Source: Escherichia phage EC150. From it: a stretch of DNA of 64,000 bases. Shown one piece after another: positions 31,779 through 41,683 of this stretch. The notes below the pieces were generated by a model. The model did no database searches, was not told the DNA's origin, and saw nothing but the letters and a program-made list of their open reading frames with translations. The stretch lies in sequence record ON210137.1; one strand, 5' to 3'. Each line of letters starts with the position of its first letter. Position 1 is the stretch's first letter. A program made the translations under genes and the position numbers.

Positions 31779-32311
31779 TGGCTATCGATTTATTGTCATA
31801 TAGTCTTTCAAACAGAAGCTTCAAAATAAGAAGCTTCAACCTTGGGGAAGTGTCAACGCTTGGTTGGGCTATTGTTAACGTAAAAATAAGACTCCAAGCA
31901 AAGATATTCAAAAACCAAAGGGAAGACGGAAGCTATATCGTCGATGGCAGAGTCAAAATGCCTAGAATATTGACTGTGACTGTAATAGCACAGACAAAAA
32001 GCGCGTCCGACGCAATCGCAAAGATGTTGCAGAACAGGTCCACGATATACACAATAAATTCTCGTGGGCTAATCTTTGAACGTATGGTACTGCAAAATAA
32101 CAATTTCAGCCAAGATGCTGACAATATAACCTCACAACCCATACAACTAGTCTTCCATGAGATATTAACACAGCAGGATGTGTCTATTCAAACAGCGCAA
32201 GCAGCCGACTCAACTGTCATTGAGCGCGGCATCGCTTACATAAAAGAGACTACTGCCAGCGTCACTGGCGTTGCAACAAAGGTGATGAATGGCATCAAGG
32301 GGATGTTCTGA
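31778..32311 (+). CDS. hypothetical tail protein
   Basis: 177-aa ORF with start overlapping the upstream stop. Confidence 0.5.
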   Translation: MAIDLLSYSLSNRSFKIRSFNLGEVSTLGWAIVNVKIRLQAKIFKNQREDGSYIVDGRVKMPRILTVTVIAQTKSASDAIAKMLQNRSTIYTINSRGLIFERMVLQNNNFSQDADNITSQPIQLVFHEILTQQDVSIQTAQAADSTVIERGIAYIKETTASVTGVATKVMNGIKGMF

Positions 32312-32871
32312 TGGACTTTGTTTCGATTCTGCTTTCTGGTCAATCTCTGACCATAACGAATGAGTCGACAGGGCTTCCTGTCTGGACAAGGCTTTCTCCA
32401 GTGTCTGCAGAAATAACATCACCAGCAGAAACTACTCAATTTCCACTTGCTGGAACGGCGATGCAGGTGGTGGAAGTATCAAGCACATCCTCAGTAAGCA
32501 ATTTACAGGCGGCAAAAGTAATAATGCCAGCGCACATGGCGCTAAACGTAATTTGCAACGACCAATCGACTATTGAAAACATAATTAATACATTCGACAA
32601 TGATGAAGTCACATTTTCAATAGCTTCTCGAAGCATAATTGCAAGTAAAATGTCGATGTCTGATGTCGAAATAACTCAGTCAGAAGAAAACCTGAATGGA
32701 GTCTCAATTGTAATAACATTTGAACAGACGTCATTTAGTATTCAAGGAAGCTTTGACCCTAAACAGTCCGCAGATGAATCGTCAAATGGCGTGGCTATTA
32801 AAGAGCCAGTCAGTTTGACTACAACTGTGAGTTCGTTATATAATAAAATAAAATCAACAGTAGGAATATAA
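32311..32871 (+). CDS. hypothetical tail protein
   Basis: 186-aa ORF with TGATG overlap. Weak pattern similarity to 31778..32311. Confidence 0.5.
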   Translation: MDFVSILLSGQSLTITNESTGLPVWTRLSPVSAEITSPAETTQFPLAGTAMQVVEVSSTSSVSNLQAAKVIMPAHMALNVICNDQSTIENIINTFDNDEVTFSIASRSIIASKMSMSDVEITQSEENLNGVSIVITFEQTSFSIQGSFDPKQSADESSNGVAIKEPVSLTTTVSSLYNKIKSTVGI

Positions 32872-32872
32872 A

Positions 32873-33289
32873 ATGAAGATCACCAATAAACAAACTGGTC
32901 GTAAAGTAGAAATTAAAATCAGCAAAATGACTGCGATGGAAGGTTGGAACATACAGCGCCGATTTATCGAATTTGCAATGTCAAAAGACCCTGCATTCCG
33001 TTCAGAATACACAATGGAAGTATTAAGCTTTGCAAAGGTTGAACTTGATGTCGGGCAAGAAATTCCGCTGAGCACTGGCGCACTTATTGACAACCATCTT
33101 GGCGACTGGGAAAACTTGAAATTGGTTTTCGAAGCGGTGTTGATGGAAAACGGAATCAACCCAGAGACTCACGCTGAACGTGAAGGATACTGGGAACAAG
33201 CTGGCGGCGAAATGGCTGCAGCATTTATTGGCGAATCGATGCGATTAATCGCGCCATTCCTCAGCGGCGAGACTCCAAACAAGGGGTAA
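32873..33289 (+). CDS. tail assembly chaperone candidate
   Basis: 138-aa acidic protein immediately upstream of the tape-measure gene. Call is based on position only. Confidence 0.45.
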   Translation: MKITNKQTGRKVEIKISKMTAMEGWNIQRRFIEFAMSKDPAFRSEYTMEVLSFAKVELDVGQEIPLSTGALIDNHLGDWENLKLVFEAVLMENGINPETHAEREGYWEQAGGEMAAAFIGESMRLIAPFLSGETPNKG

Positions 33290-33292
33290 ACT

Positions 33293-35473
33293 GTGTCTGA
33301 CTCATTAGAAAAATTTGTTCTTCAATATACGGTGGACTTGAAAGAGTCCATCAATCGTCTTGAGCAATTGCAAGATAAGGTTGATCGGTTGATCAGACAA
33401 ATAAAGGCCGCTGGTAAGGACTTCACCGGAGCATTCAAAGATGTGTTTGGTGAGCTGAAGCCTCTCACAGCTGAACTGGGGTCCATTGACGGAATCCTTG
33501 CGCGGCTTACTTATCGCTTTGCCGCGCTCGTTCCTGTTGTCGCAGGATTGGCTGTCGTAGTCAAATCCATTGTTGATGTTCGAAAAGAATACGAAGCGCA
33601 AAGGAAGCTGGGTTTTGAAGCAGGACTTTCACCAATTGGCGTGGAGCAACTACAGCGACAATTGAATGAGAGTTCAGGCGGAGTTCTTGGTGCGCAAGGG
33701 TCAAGGGATTTGATCAGCAAGGCTTCTAATCTCGCATTCAACGCATACACCAACCCAGATGTTATGAACAAGGACAACTTGTTACTTAACAAGATGGGAA
33801 CCAGTCCTTTCAACAGTAACGGCGGCATCAAAGACACAAACCGGCTGCTTGATGAAATTGGCACAAAGCTGAGAAGTGTGAATGAGCAAACCGCTCGTGC
33901 TATTGGTGCTCTGGCAGGTTTTACCGCTGATGAAGTCCGTGCGCTTCGTGAGCGAAATCAATCAGTCAAAGAAAGCACCCGTATAAGCGACGAAGAAACC
34001 GCGAAGCTGCAAAGACAGCAGGTCGCACTTGAAACGATACGAAACAGCATGGGCCAAATTCAAGAAGACTGGCGACGCATTGAACTGGTAATCGGCGAGA
34101 ACGTGATGCCGGCATTCTCGACGCTTGTCAGCAAGACTGCCGATACAGTCGAAGGATTCCAGATGATGTTTCAAAGAATGTCTGATGGATGGTCTGAATT
34201 TGTCGACAATTTCATCGCTGACTTGAAACACCCGTTTGATAAACAGGCGGCTGTCAACGAGCGCCACGAGCGTGCCGTTGATAGATGGATCACTCAGATG
34301 GCTGACGGCGATGTGAAACGCCAGAGGAGTCAGGAGCAAAACGCGGCTGAACAACGTTCTGCGCAAGCACTTTTCACTCGCGATATAAACCTGTTTTCAA
34401 GCGCCGTTTCAACCTTTGCTGGTGTTATTGATGAGCGACAAGCGTGGGCTGCATGGGCTGGTGAGATAGGACGAAGCGCAGGCCAATCCGCAATGCCTGG
34501 CACGCCAGCACTAAGCACTGGTGCGACCGTAGGCAACAACTTGGGGTCAGGAAATCCGACTGCATATGACTCAATCTATGAGGAAGCCTCCAAGCGTTAT
34601 GGAATCCCTGTTGCGATGATGAAGGCCGTCACAGAAGTCGAATCTGGATTCAACCCTAATGCCGTAAGCGGAGCAGGCGCGACCGGACTGATGCAAATAA
34701 TGCCTTCCAACTTCAAGGGACTTGGTATCACAGACGGTAATGACCCAAGACAAAACATTATGGGCGGCGCTCAACTTCTCAAGGAATATTTAACTGCTGC
34801 CAATGGCGATTGGAATCTTGCACTGACTATGTATCACGGCGGATATGACCGCAGCGGATGGGGAAAGAACACCCGTGCATACCCTGGCAAGGTGATGGCC
34901 GCTCTCGAACGACAGGCGAATGGAGAATACGCCACGGGAGCGCCGCAAGGTGCACCAGTTACTCCAGTGCTTAGCGGTAGCGGAGTAGAAGCGTCAAAAG
35001 GCAGCTACGCTCCAGTACAGGGCCAATCCCGCCAAACGGTGCAATACAGACAGTTGCAAGAAGCCATTGCAGGATACCTAAACGTGCCAGTTGAGCAGCT
35101 GATGCAAGGACAAGTCAACAAAGGTGATATTGACTTTGCTCAAACTTACCTTAAACTTGGAACGCAAAGGGATTATATTAAAAACATGCAGCTGGCTTCA
35201 ACTCCAGGTGTAAGGCCGAACATTCAGGCCGAAGCCATGAAGAATGCTCGTCTCGCGGCATTCCAGCTTGAAGCATTCCAGAAATACGGCGGCGACCTTT
35301 CCGCGAATAGTCGACCTGGTGGGCGTGATATTACTATGGGTCAGAAAAACGTTGTCATCAACGTCAACGGCGCTCAAGACCCAAGAAGCACGGCGATTGA
35401 GACTAAGCGTGTGCTTGAACAAGATGATATAAACGACATAAACAACCTTACTGCTACACCTTTGAAGTGGTGA
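33293..35473 (+). CDS. tape measure protein with lytic transglycosylase (SLT) domain
   Basis: 726 aa with GTG start after AAGGGG. Helical/coiled N-terminal half. SLT signature ..EVESGFNPNAVSGAGATGLMQIMPSNF.. (nt ~34630-34710). Confidence 0.85.
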   Translation: MSDSLEKFVLQYTVDLKESINRLEQLQDKVDRLIRQIKAAGKDFTGAFKDVFGELKPLTAELGSIDGILARLTYRFAALVPVVAGLAVVVKSIVDVRKEYEAQRKLGFEAGLSPIGVEQLQRQLNESSGGVLGAQGSRDLISKASNLAFNAYTNPDVMNKDNLLLNKMGTSPFNSNGGIKDTNRLLDEIGTKLRSVNEQTARAIGALAGFTADEVRALRERNQSVKESTRISDEETAKLQRQQVALETIRNSMGQIQEDWRRIELVIGENVMPAFSTLVSKTADTVEGFQMMFQRMSDGWSEFVDNFIADLKHPFDKQAAVNERHERAVDRWITQMADGDVKRQRSQEQNAAEQRSAQALFTRDINLFSSAVSTFAGVIDERQAWAAWAGEIGRSAGQSAMPGTPALSTGATVGNNLGSGNPTAYDSIYEEASKRYGIPVAMMKAVTEVESGFNPNAVSGAGATGLMQIMPSNFKGLGITDGNDPRQNIMGGAQLLKEYLTAANGDWNLALTMYHGGYDRSGWGKNTRAYPGKVMAALERQANGEYATGAPQGAPVTPVLSGSGVEASKGSYAPVQGQSRQTVQYRQLQEAIAGYLNVPVEQLMQGQVNKGDIDFAQTYLKLGTQRDYIKNMQLASTPGVRPNIQAEAMKNARLAAFQLEAFQKYGGDLSANSRPGGRDITMGQKNVVINVNGAQDPRSTAIETKRVLEQDDINDINNLTATPLKW

Positions 35474-35477
35474 TAAT

Positions 35478-36350
35478 TTGAAAAAGAGAATCCTTAAGGT
35501 CACCTTATCTATGCCGGATGGCACAAGCCAAGTTCTTGATGAAGGATTGATGCTCAGATGCCGAATCAAAAAGGCAGCACTTTCCGTTCAGAATAAGGCC
35601 ACGATTGAAGTCGCAGGATTAACAGGGTACTTGAGAGAGTACCTGCTTTCCAACTTCACGGCATTCAACAAACGTCTGCGTGATCAAGGTCAGTTGGCGG
35701 CGAACTACGTTAATGTGACTATTGAAGCTGGATACAGAGAAGGGAGCGTAATCAGCAGCAACTTGGTATACAAGGGACAGGTGACTACGGTGGAGATAAC
35801 AGCGCCGCCGCCGAATATCGTCATCAGAATCACGTGTTATACAAACCAAATAAACAGAACGAAGTTCATAACTCAAGCCGCGCCATCCAACCCGACTTTC
35901 AAAGAGTTTGTGGAATGGTCTGCAAAGCAAATGGACATTGATACTGTTATTTGCGACACGTCGATTAACAATCAGCGCCTTGTAAACCCAGGAAGAACGA
36001 CATATGTTGCTGCTGCGCTGCTGCTTGAGATCCAGAACTATCAACGCAACTCCATCGCGGCATACATTGATGACGATACGTTAATTGTTAAGGATAAAGA
36101 CAAAATTCTAAATCCAGACCAGATTACGGTCATTGAGGAATTTGTCGGAATACCGATGTGGAACGAGTGGGGTGCAGACTTCACTTGTATGTATAACGCA
36201 GATTTGAAGCTTGCACAAGGTGTTAAATTCAAATCAGTCTTAAACCCAAGCTTGAACGACACCACATTTGTCATCATGCAACTTGAATATGATTTAGCGA
36301 GTCGTGATGACATATTTACGGTGACGGGCGGCGTTGCACCATCGGCATAA
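35478..36350 (+). CDS. baseplate hub/distal tail protein candidate
   Basis: 290 aa with TTG start, directly after the tape-measure gene. Call is based on position only. Confidence 0.5.
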   Translation: MKKRILKVTLSMPDGTSQVLDEGLMLRCRIKKAALSVQNKATIEVAGLTGYLREYLLSNFTAFNKRLRDQGQLAANYVNVTIEAGYREGSVISSNLVYKGQVTTVEITAPPPNIVIRITCYTNQINRTKFITQAAPSNPTFKEFVEWSAKQMDIDTVICDTSINNQRLVNPGRTTYVAAALLLEIQNYQRNSIAAYIDDDTLIVKDKDKILNPDQITVIEEFVGIPMWNEWGADFTCMYNADLKLAQGVKFKSVLNPSLNDTTFVIMQLEYDLASRDDIFTVTGGVAPSA

Positions 36351-36352
36351 AT

Positions 36353-36874
36353 ATGAGAAAGAATAAAATAATCGACTTGTTTGGCGTAACTTATGAAATT
36401 CATCAATTCAGCGCAATAGATGCATTTGAAATGGTCGATGACATAAGTATATTAACCCCACTTGAATTATTGAGTGAATGTTATGTAATAAAATACGACG
36501 GGTCCAAAGTAAGGCTTAATTCTGAAAAAGTAATTAGTGAAGAAGTGAAAAGTATTCCTAATCACTTGCCGCCTAATCTTGTGTTGAAAGTGTTAATGGA
36601 AGCCGTTAAAAAGCACAACTTTGGATTCCTTAGCGATTGGAAAAGCACCAAAATTCCAAATAGATTCTTGGCGGATGCACCGACAGTAGAGCCTAATTAT
36701 CTTGAGCCAATGGTTGCAAGTCTAATAAATAACGGCCTTGCATCTTTAAAGGAGTTGGAAGAATACTATTCACTGCGTGATGCATTTGCTATGTTTGATG
36801 GTTTAATAGCAAAATCACTTAATGAAGCCTACTCAAACGAAGCTGCCATTAAAGAATCAAAGTCAAATCGCTAA
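36353..36874 (+). CDS. hypothetical baseplate-module protein
   Basis: 173-aa ORF, more AT-rich than its neighbours. Confidence 0.5.
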   Translation: MRKNKIIDLFGVTYEIHQFSAIDAFEMVDDISILTPLELLSECYVIKYDGSKVRLNSEKVISEEVKSIPNHLPPNLVLKVLMEAVKKHNFGFLSDWKSTKIPNRFLADAPTVEPNYLEPMVASLINNGLASLKELEEYYSLRDAFAMFDGLIAKSLNEAYSNEAAIKESKSNR

Positions 36875-36931
36875 AATATTGCTTATAGACTCCTTATAGA
36901 TTATAATTTGTTGATCAGATATAAGGAGTCT

Positions 36932-37660
36932 ATGATGGCAGAAAAGTTAACCCAACTTACAAGCCCCAACCAAACTGACAAATCAAGTATGTTTGCCGCG
37001 CTTCAGGGAATGCTGGACCGTGGCAAGTATACCACTGATGGCATGATTCCTGCGCAAGTAATATCTTATGACCGCAAGAAAAATTTAGCAGTCATAAAAC
37101 CTGTTATTCATTTCGTAAGTCTTGATGATAAGCCAGTGGAGCGTCAACCTTTGGTGTCAATTCCGGTACTGGCAATCGGCGGCGGCGGATTCGTGATCAA
37201 CTTCCCTTTGAAGGAAGGCGACTTGGGCTGGATATTCGCTGGCGACCGCGAGTTGTCGACATTCCTTGAAGAATTGAAGCCGGCCGCGCCTACCAATGGC
37301 CGTGTAAAAACTTTCGCTGATGGACTGTTCATACCGGATGTATTCCGAAAATACACCATAAGCGGAGAGGATGCAGGGTCAATGGTAATTCAATCCCTCA
37401 GCGGCGCTGTGAGAATTGCACTAAGCGATGACTCAATAAACATAATTGCGTCTGCTGGAGTAAACGTCAAGACCCCGATAACCACTATCGATCAACAATT
37501 GATAGTAAATGGAAAGGCAACATTCAATGGTGGGATAGAAGGCAAAGAAGGAACGACGGCAACGCTTCCGACTGGCACAACGGTCGGTGGCATTGATGTA
37601 TCCACTCACGGGCATATCGGTAACGGGCCTGGAAACAGAACTGGGAATATGATAGAATGA
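36932..37660 (+). CDS. baseplate central spike protein (gp138 N-terminal-domain-like)
   Basis: ATG 36932 after AAGGAG. ..IPAQVISYD...AVIKPVI....D.....PLVSIPVL.IGGGGFVINFPLKEGDLGWIFAGDRELS.. matches the OB-fold spike pattern. Confidence 0.6.
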   Translation: MMAEKLTQLTSPNQTDKSSMFAALQGMLDRGKYTTDGMIPAQVISYDRKKNLAVIKPVIHFVSLDDKPVERQPLVSIPVLAIGGGGFVINFPLKEGDLGWIFAGDRELSTFLEELKPAAPTNGRVKTFADGLFIPDVFRKYTISGEDAGSMVIQSLSGAVRIALSDDSINIIASAGVNVKTPITTIDQQLIVNGKATFNGGIEGKEGTTATLPTGTTVGGIDVSTHGHIGNGPGNRTGNMIE

Positions 37661-38928
37661 GTGCACAATATTCTTACATAGTAAGCACTGGTGTGATCAC
37701 CATTGACACGGCAGATTTATTGGCTGATATTCAAGGTGAATGGATTGAGTCTTTAGGGGTCGGGCTTGATGTTGATGCTTCGACGCCGCAAGGCACGCTA
37801 ATCGCAACAGAGACGTTGGCAAGAACTTCAGTGATGAAGAATAATGCCGAATTGGGAAGTCTCATCAACCCTAACTACTCATATGGAGTATACCTTGATG
37901 CAATAGCGGCGCTTCTTGGCATCGAGCGCACAAAGAATGTAAGCACAATGTTGAAAGGTGTGACTGCAGAGGGAACGCCGCTGCTGGAAATTCCTGCTGG
38001 AAGTCTTCTTACTGATTCAAATGGTACATACTGGTATGTGCTGGAAGACGTTCAAATCACTTCGACTGGCAAGACAAGCAATATGACTCTTGCTTCAAAA
38101 GAGTATGGCTCATTCACTGTTGCGCCTGATGAAGAGTTTACAGTTGTGCAAGGTTATGACGTCATCGGATGGTCAAGAACTTATTCAACATCATCAACGA
38201 CGACCGTGCCAGGCACGCAATACATGGGCGACGGAGCATTAAAGGCCGCTCGCGTTAAGCGTCTTTACCAGCAGGGAATCGCATCGCTTGGTGCCATTCG
38301 CGCTCGCGCCATGTCGGTCGACGGTGTAGAATCTGTGATGGTCGTGGAGAATGACACGGGAGTCCCTGGAACGGTGCGCGGCATTACGTTCTCAACGCCT
38401 AACGGTGTTTGGGTATGTGCAAGCGGAACATTTGACAAGCAGGTGTTTGCGGAGACGATATTCAAGGCGAAGATGGGCGGTCAACCTTGGGACTTTGGTG
38501 CTACTAATCAAGGGAATCCGGTAAACTCGCCTGATGGAATCGAAGTGGTCGATGCAGAATCACAGTTGTCTTATTTCGTCAAATTTAACACTGCAGTGAT
38601 ATATGATTTGTATGTTGACATAACCGTTTCAAGAGGAACGGCGACCGCTGATGCAGAGTCCATTATTGCCGCTGTACTAAATTACGGAAATGGCAATTTT
38701 AACGGTGAGCAGGGATATACAGTAGGCCAATCTCAATCTTCTTTTGAAATTGCTTCGGCAGTATCCTGCGAATATCCAGGACTTTATATCAAAGATTGCA
38801 AAATTGCAGCAGTTAAAAGCGGACAGGCAGCGCCAACTTATCCTTCCGATTATGGCAGCGAGTGGATTGCCAATCCTTGGGACAAGGCCAATACTATGCG
38901 CGGCTTCATCAACGTTAAATTTGTGTGA
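37657..38928 (+). CDS. baseplate wedge protein (Baseplate J-like)
   Basis: 423 aa with ATGA overlap to the spike gene. Size and position are typical of J/gp6-like wedge proteins. Confidence 0.55.
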   Translation: MSAQYSYIVSTGVITIDTADLLADIQGEWIESLGVGLDVDASTPQGTLIATETLARTSVMKNNAELGSLINPNYSYGVYLDAIAALLGIERTKNVSTMLKGVTAEGTPLLEIPAGSLLTDSNGTYWYVLEDVQITSTGKTSNMTLASKEYGSFTVAPDEEFTVVQGYDVIGWSRTYSTSSTTTVPGTQYMGDGALKAARVKRLYQQGIASLGAIRARAMSVDGVESVMVVENDTGVPGTVRGITFSTPNGVWVCASGTFDKQVFAETIFKAKMGGQPWDFGATNQGNPVNSPDGIEVVDAESQLSYFVKFNTAVIYDLYVDITVSRGTATADAESIIAAVLNYGNGNFNGEQGYTVGQSQSSFEIASAVSCEYPGLYIKDCKIAAVKSGQAAPTYPSDYGSEWIANPWDKANTMRGFINVKFV

Positions 38929-38934
38929 GGAACT

Positions 38935-41673
38935 ATGCAAAAGTTTGACACAAACCTGTTGCAAAACCTTAAGTGGATGCAGAACAACGCGCCAAACATC
39001 ACATCTTTGGTTCAGAAGAAGAGTGATTGGTATGAGCGATATCAAGATCAGTTTTGGATTGACTGGTACAAAAACATATTCAACATTGATACTTGTGATG
39101 CAATGGGCATCTATATTTGGTGCGACATCCTATGCATACCAAGAGACTTTGTTGACTTAAGTAACTATGAGCACAACTGGGCATTCGGGCCAACACGCGA
39201 CAACTTTGAAGGGCCGGACAATATCGGCGGCAACTTCTTTGGTGCTGGCGGAAAGGTTGTGAAAAACATTGAAGAAGCGCGCATCCTTCTGAAGCTTCGT
39301 TATCTGACGCTTACAAGTGATGGCCGCATCGAAAGCATCAACCGTATGCTTAAGTGGATTTTTAACCGTGGGGAAGCTTGGGATTACTCTTCATCCCGAT
39401 ACGCATATGTGACAGACAATACTCAAGGCGCGGTGTCTTCTTCTGAATCAACAAACGGTTCATTCCTTCTGTATGACTGGCAGGGGTCGACTGAGATTCA
39501 GCACGATTATAAACAAATTCTTTTGAGTCACGGCAACAACGCAGGACTTACCATAAGTGGGGTGGCAGGGACTGTTTCGCGAATGGCACACCCAGACTGG
39601 TATTCATGGGGTAATGGGTCCGGCGCTGGTATTGTCGGCGGTGATACACGCCAATATGGCGGCCCTGACTATTACGGCCAACTGTGCGGTGATTACCCAG
39701 GAGAGGCCATAGAGAATTTCGCCAACGCAGTACGGGTCATCAAGACTGCTTCCAGCGGCGAGCCTGTGTATTCTTTGGCCAGTAATCCAAGTGCCCAATC
39801 TATTGCGCTTCCTTCTCAGGCTGGTGTCAACGTTTGCTATAGCTTCTACATAAAAGTGCTTTCTGAAAACGTGGCTTCTGTTTCCGTAACAGAGAACAGT
39901 GATGCATCGAGTAATGGAAAACTTTTCGACCCAGTGACTGGGCAGTTCAACCTTGACTCTTCTTTGAGTTATTTCATCACAGGCAAGTTCGACGGTGTGA
40001 GAAGGGAATCAAACCGTGGTGGCATCAAGGCAATCGGCGGCGATTGGTACAGAATCTGGATTGTAGAACAAACTGCGAACGCGACAGCTGGGGTAAACAC
40101 AAGCTTTTCAATTGAGTTGAAAGCAACTGCCGCTGGATCAACCCAGACTCGCGAATTGCCTGAAGGGTCTGATGCACTTCTTTTTGGATACTCCATTTGC
40201 GTTTGCGACCCTGTTCAGAATCCTAATGGGCCTGAGCCTTATTTCTATGGGACTCAAAATCCGCCTGCAGATGGAACAGCAATTTTGTCTGTCACGGCAG
40301 GAACGCTCAACAGCATTTCTTGCGCAAACGGTCCGTTGACGACAAGAAATGGCGTGGTGGGCGAGTCATTTATGCAGCCTGGGTCATCACTTGCGTACTC
40401 TGGTTCAATCGGCGGCTACCCGTACCCAGGAAACGCCACTCTAATCGCAGAAACAGACGGAATCAGACGCTCATGGAACGTTAGCCGATTGGACGGAGTA
40501 CCGCCGCCGCCGACCGCTGACTATTACATGGAATACGTCATCGGGCCTTATTTCGCCAACAACTTGTCTGATAACTTTAAGACGCTAGTTGGTGACAGGA
40601 ATGAAGGATTCTTGCCAGCAAATGCCGGAATACGTTGGCAGCTTTACCAAGAAGTCGCAGACTTATCTGATATTGATTTGACTGTCAGCAACATAACAGA
40701 CACGCGAGTAGGATTCGAAACGGAAGGTGTCGCATGGATTAACACTGACGGCATCATCAGAGTTGGCGGCATTAACGAGTGGCCGTTGAACAACTTCAAA
40801 GGTGTTATACGACAGCTTGAGTCTTTGAAAGGTGTGAACCAAGTTATCGACGGCGCACTTGTCAACGACTATTCAATCTCAAAAGCATCAAGAGATGACT
40901 TTGGTCGTGAAATCCCACGTGCCGCGATCACAAACTACTGGCGATACACACAGCCCAATGACGGCACATCTTTTGGCAACATCGTCAAGGACGGAGACAA
41001 CACGGTAACGGCAACGCCAATAAGCGGTGTGCCCAACCAGTTTCCATCATTCAAGCTTTCCGCTACAATAGGGACTGTGCCAGCGTCCGGCTATGCACGC
41101 GCTGTACTTGCTACTAAATACACTGGCAGCCTGACTGGTCCTTTGTCATTTATCGCAATAGTTAAAAACAACACGGTAAACGGTCAAAAACTTTTCGTAA
41201 CCGTACCGGATGGTATGGGCGGCTATATCCCTAAATTCTACAGCATAGGCGCAGGTGATTTGCAACGTATCGAAATTGACCTTGCCGCTGAGATTGTTGC
41301 AGGAACGACTTGGGATGGTTCGACGGGTGGAGTCAGTATTGGTTTGATATCAGGGAAAGACTTGCCGACCGAAGTTGGTACGACTCTTGAACTTGATATT
41401 TTAAGCTTGATGCTTGTTTCTGGTAATACGATGAATGCGCTTGCGATTTCAACAAGCGAAGATTTTGCAAAGAAAACTGCAACTTCTATATACATCAAAA
41501 ACCCAGGGTCACTGGCGACTGGAGTGCAATTGATAGCTTCGAATGGGGATGTTGTAGCGACAGTAAACTTTCCAAGAAGTGCTGCTGGCGGTTATGTTTC
41601 AAGCATGAATATAACTGACTTAACTGGTGATTGGGCATCAACCCTTTTATCAAAAATTAAATACATCGTGTAG
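38935..41673 (+). CDS. large baseplate/tail-fibre-associated protein (DUF2612-like N-terminus)
   Basis: 912 aa with TGAGGAA RBS. The N-terminus (..LKWMQNNAPNITSLV..W.D..F.ID) recalls the DUF2612 baseplate family. The remainder is Gly/Ser/Thr/Asn-rich. Confidence 0.6.
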   Translation: MQKFDTNLLQNLKWMQNNAPNITSLVQKKSDWYERYQDQFWIDWYKNIFNIDTCDAMGIYIWCDILCIPRDFVDLSNYEHNWAFGPTRDNFEGPDNIGGNFFGAGGKVVKNIEEARILLKLRYLTLTSDGRIESINRMLKWIFNRGEAWDYSSSRYAYVTDNTQGAVSSSESTNGSFLLYDWQGSTEIQHDYKQILLSHGNNAGLTISGVAGTVSRMAHPDWYSWGNGSGAGIVGGDTRQYGGPDYYGQLCGDYPGEAIENFANAVRVIKTASSGEPVYSLASNPSAQSIALPSQAGVNVCYSFYIKVLSENVASVSVTENSDASSNGKLFDPVTGQFNLDSSLSYFITGKFDGVRRESNRGGIKAIGGDWYRIWIVEQTANATAGVNTSFSIELKATAAGSTQTRELPEGSDALLFGYSICVCDPVQNPNGPEPYFYGTQNPPADGTAILSVTAGTLNSISCANGPLTTRNGVVGESFMQPGSSLAYSGSIGGYPYPGNATLIAETDGIRRSWNVSRLDGVPPPPTADYYMEYVIGPYFANNLSDNFKTLVGDRNEGFLPANAGIRWQLYQEVADLSDIDLTVSNITDTRVGFETEGVAWINTDGIIRVGGINEWPLNNFKGVIRQLESLKGVNQVIDGALVNDYSISKASRDDFGREIPRAAITNYWRYTQPNDGTSFGNIVKDGDNTVTATPISGVPNQFPSFKLSATIGTVPASGYARAVLATKYTGSLTGPLSFIAIVKNNTVNGQKLFVTVPDGMGGYIPKFYSIGAGDLQRIEIDLAAEIVAGTTWDGSTGGVSIGLISGKDLPTEVGTTLELDILSLMLVSGNTMNALAISTSEDFAKKTATSIYIKNPGSLATGVQLIASNGDVVATVNFPRSAAGGYVSSMNITDLTGDWASTLLSKIKYIV

Positions 41674-41683
41674 AGGAACGGCA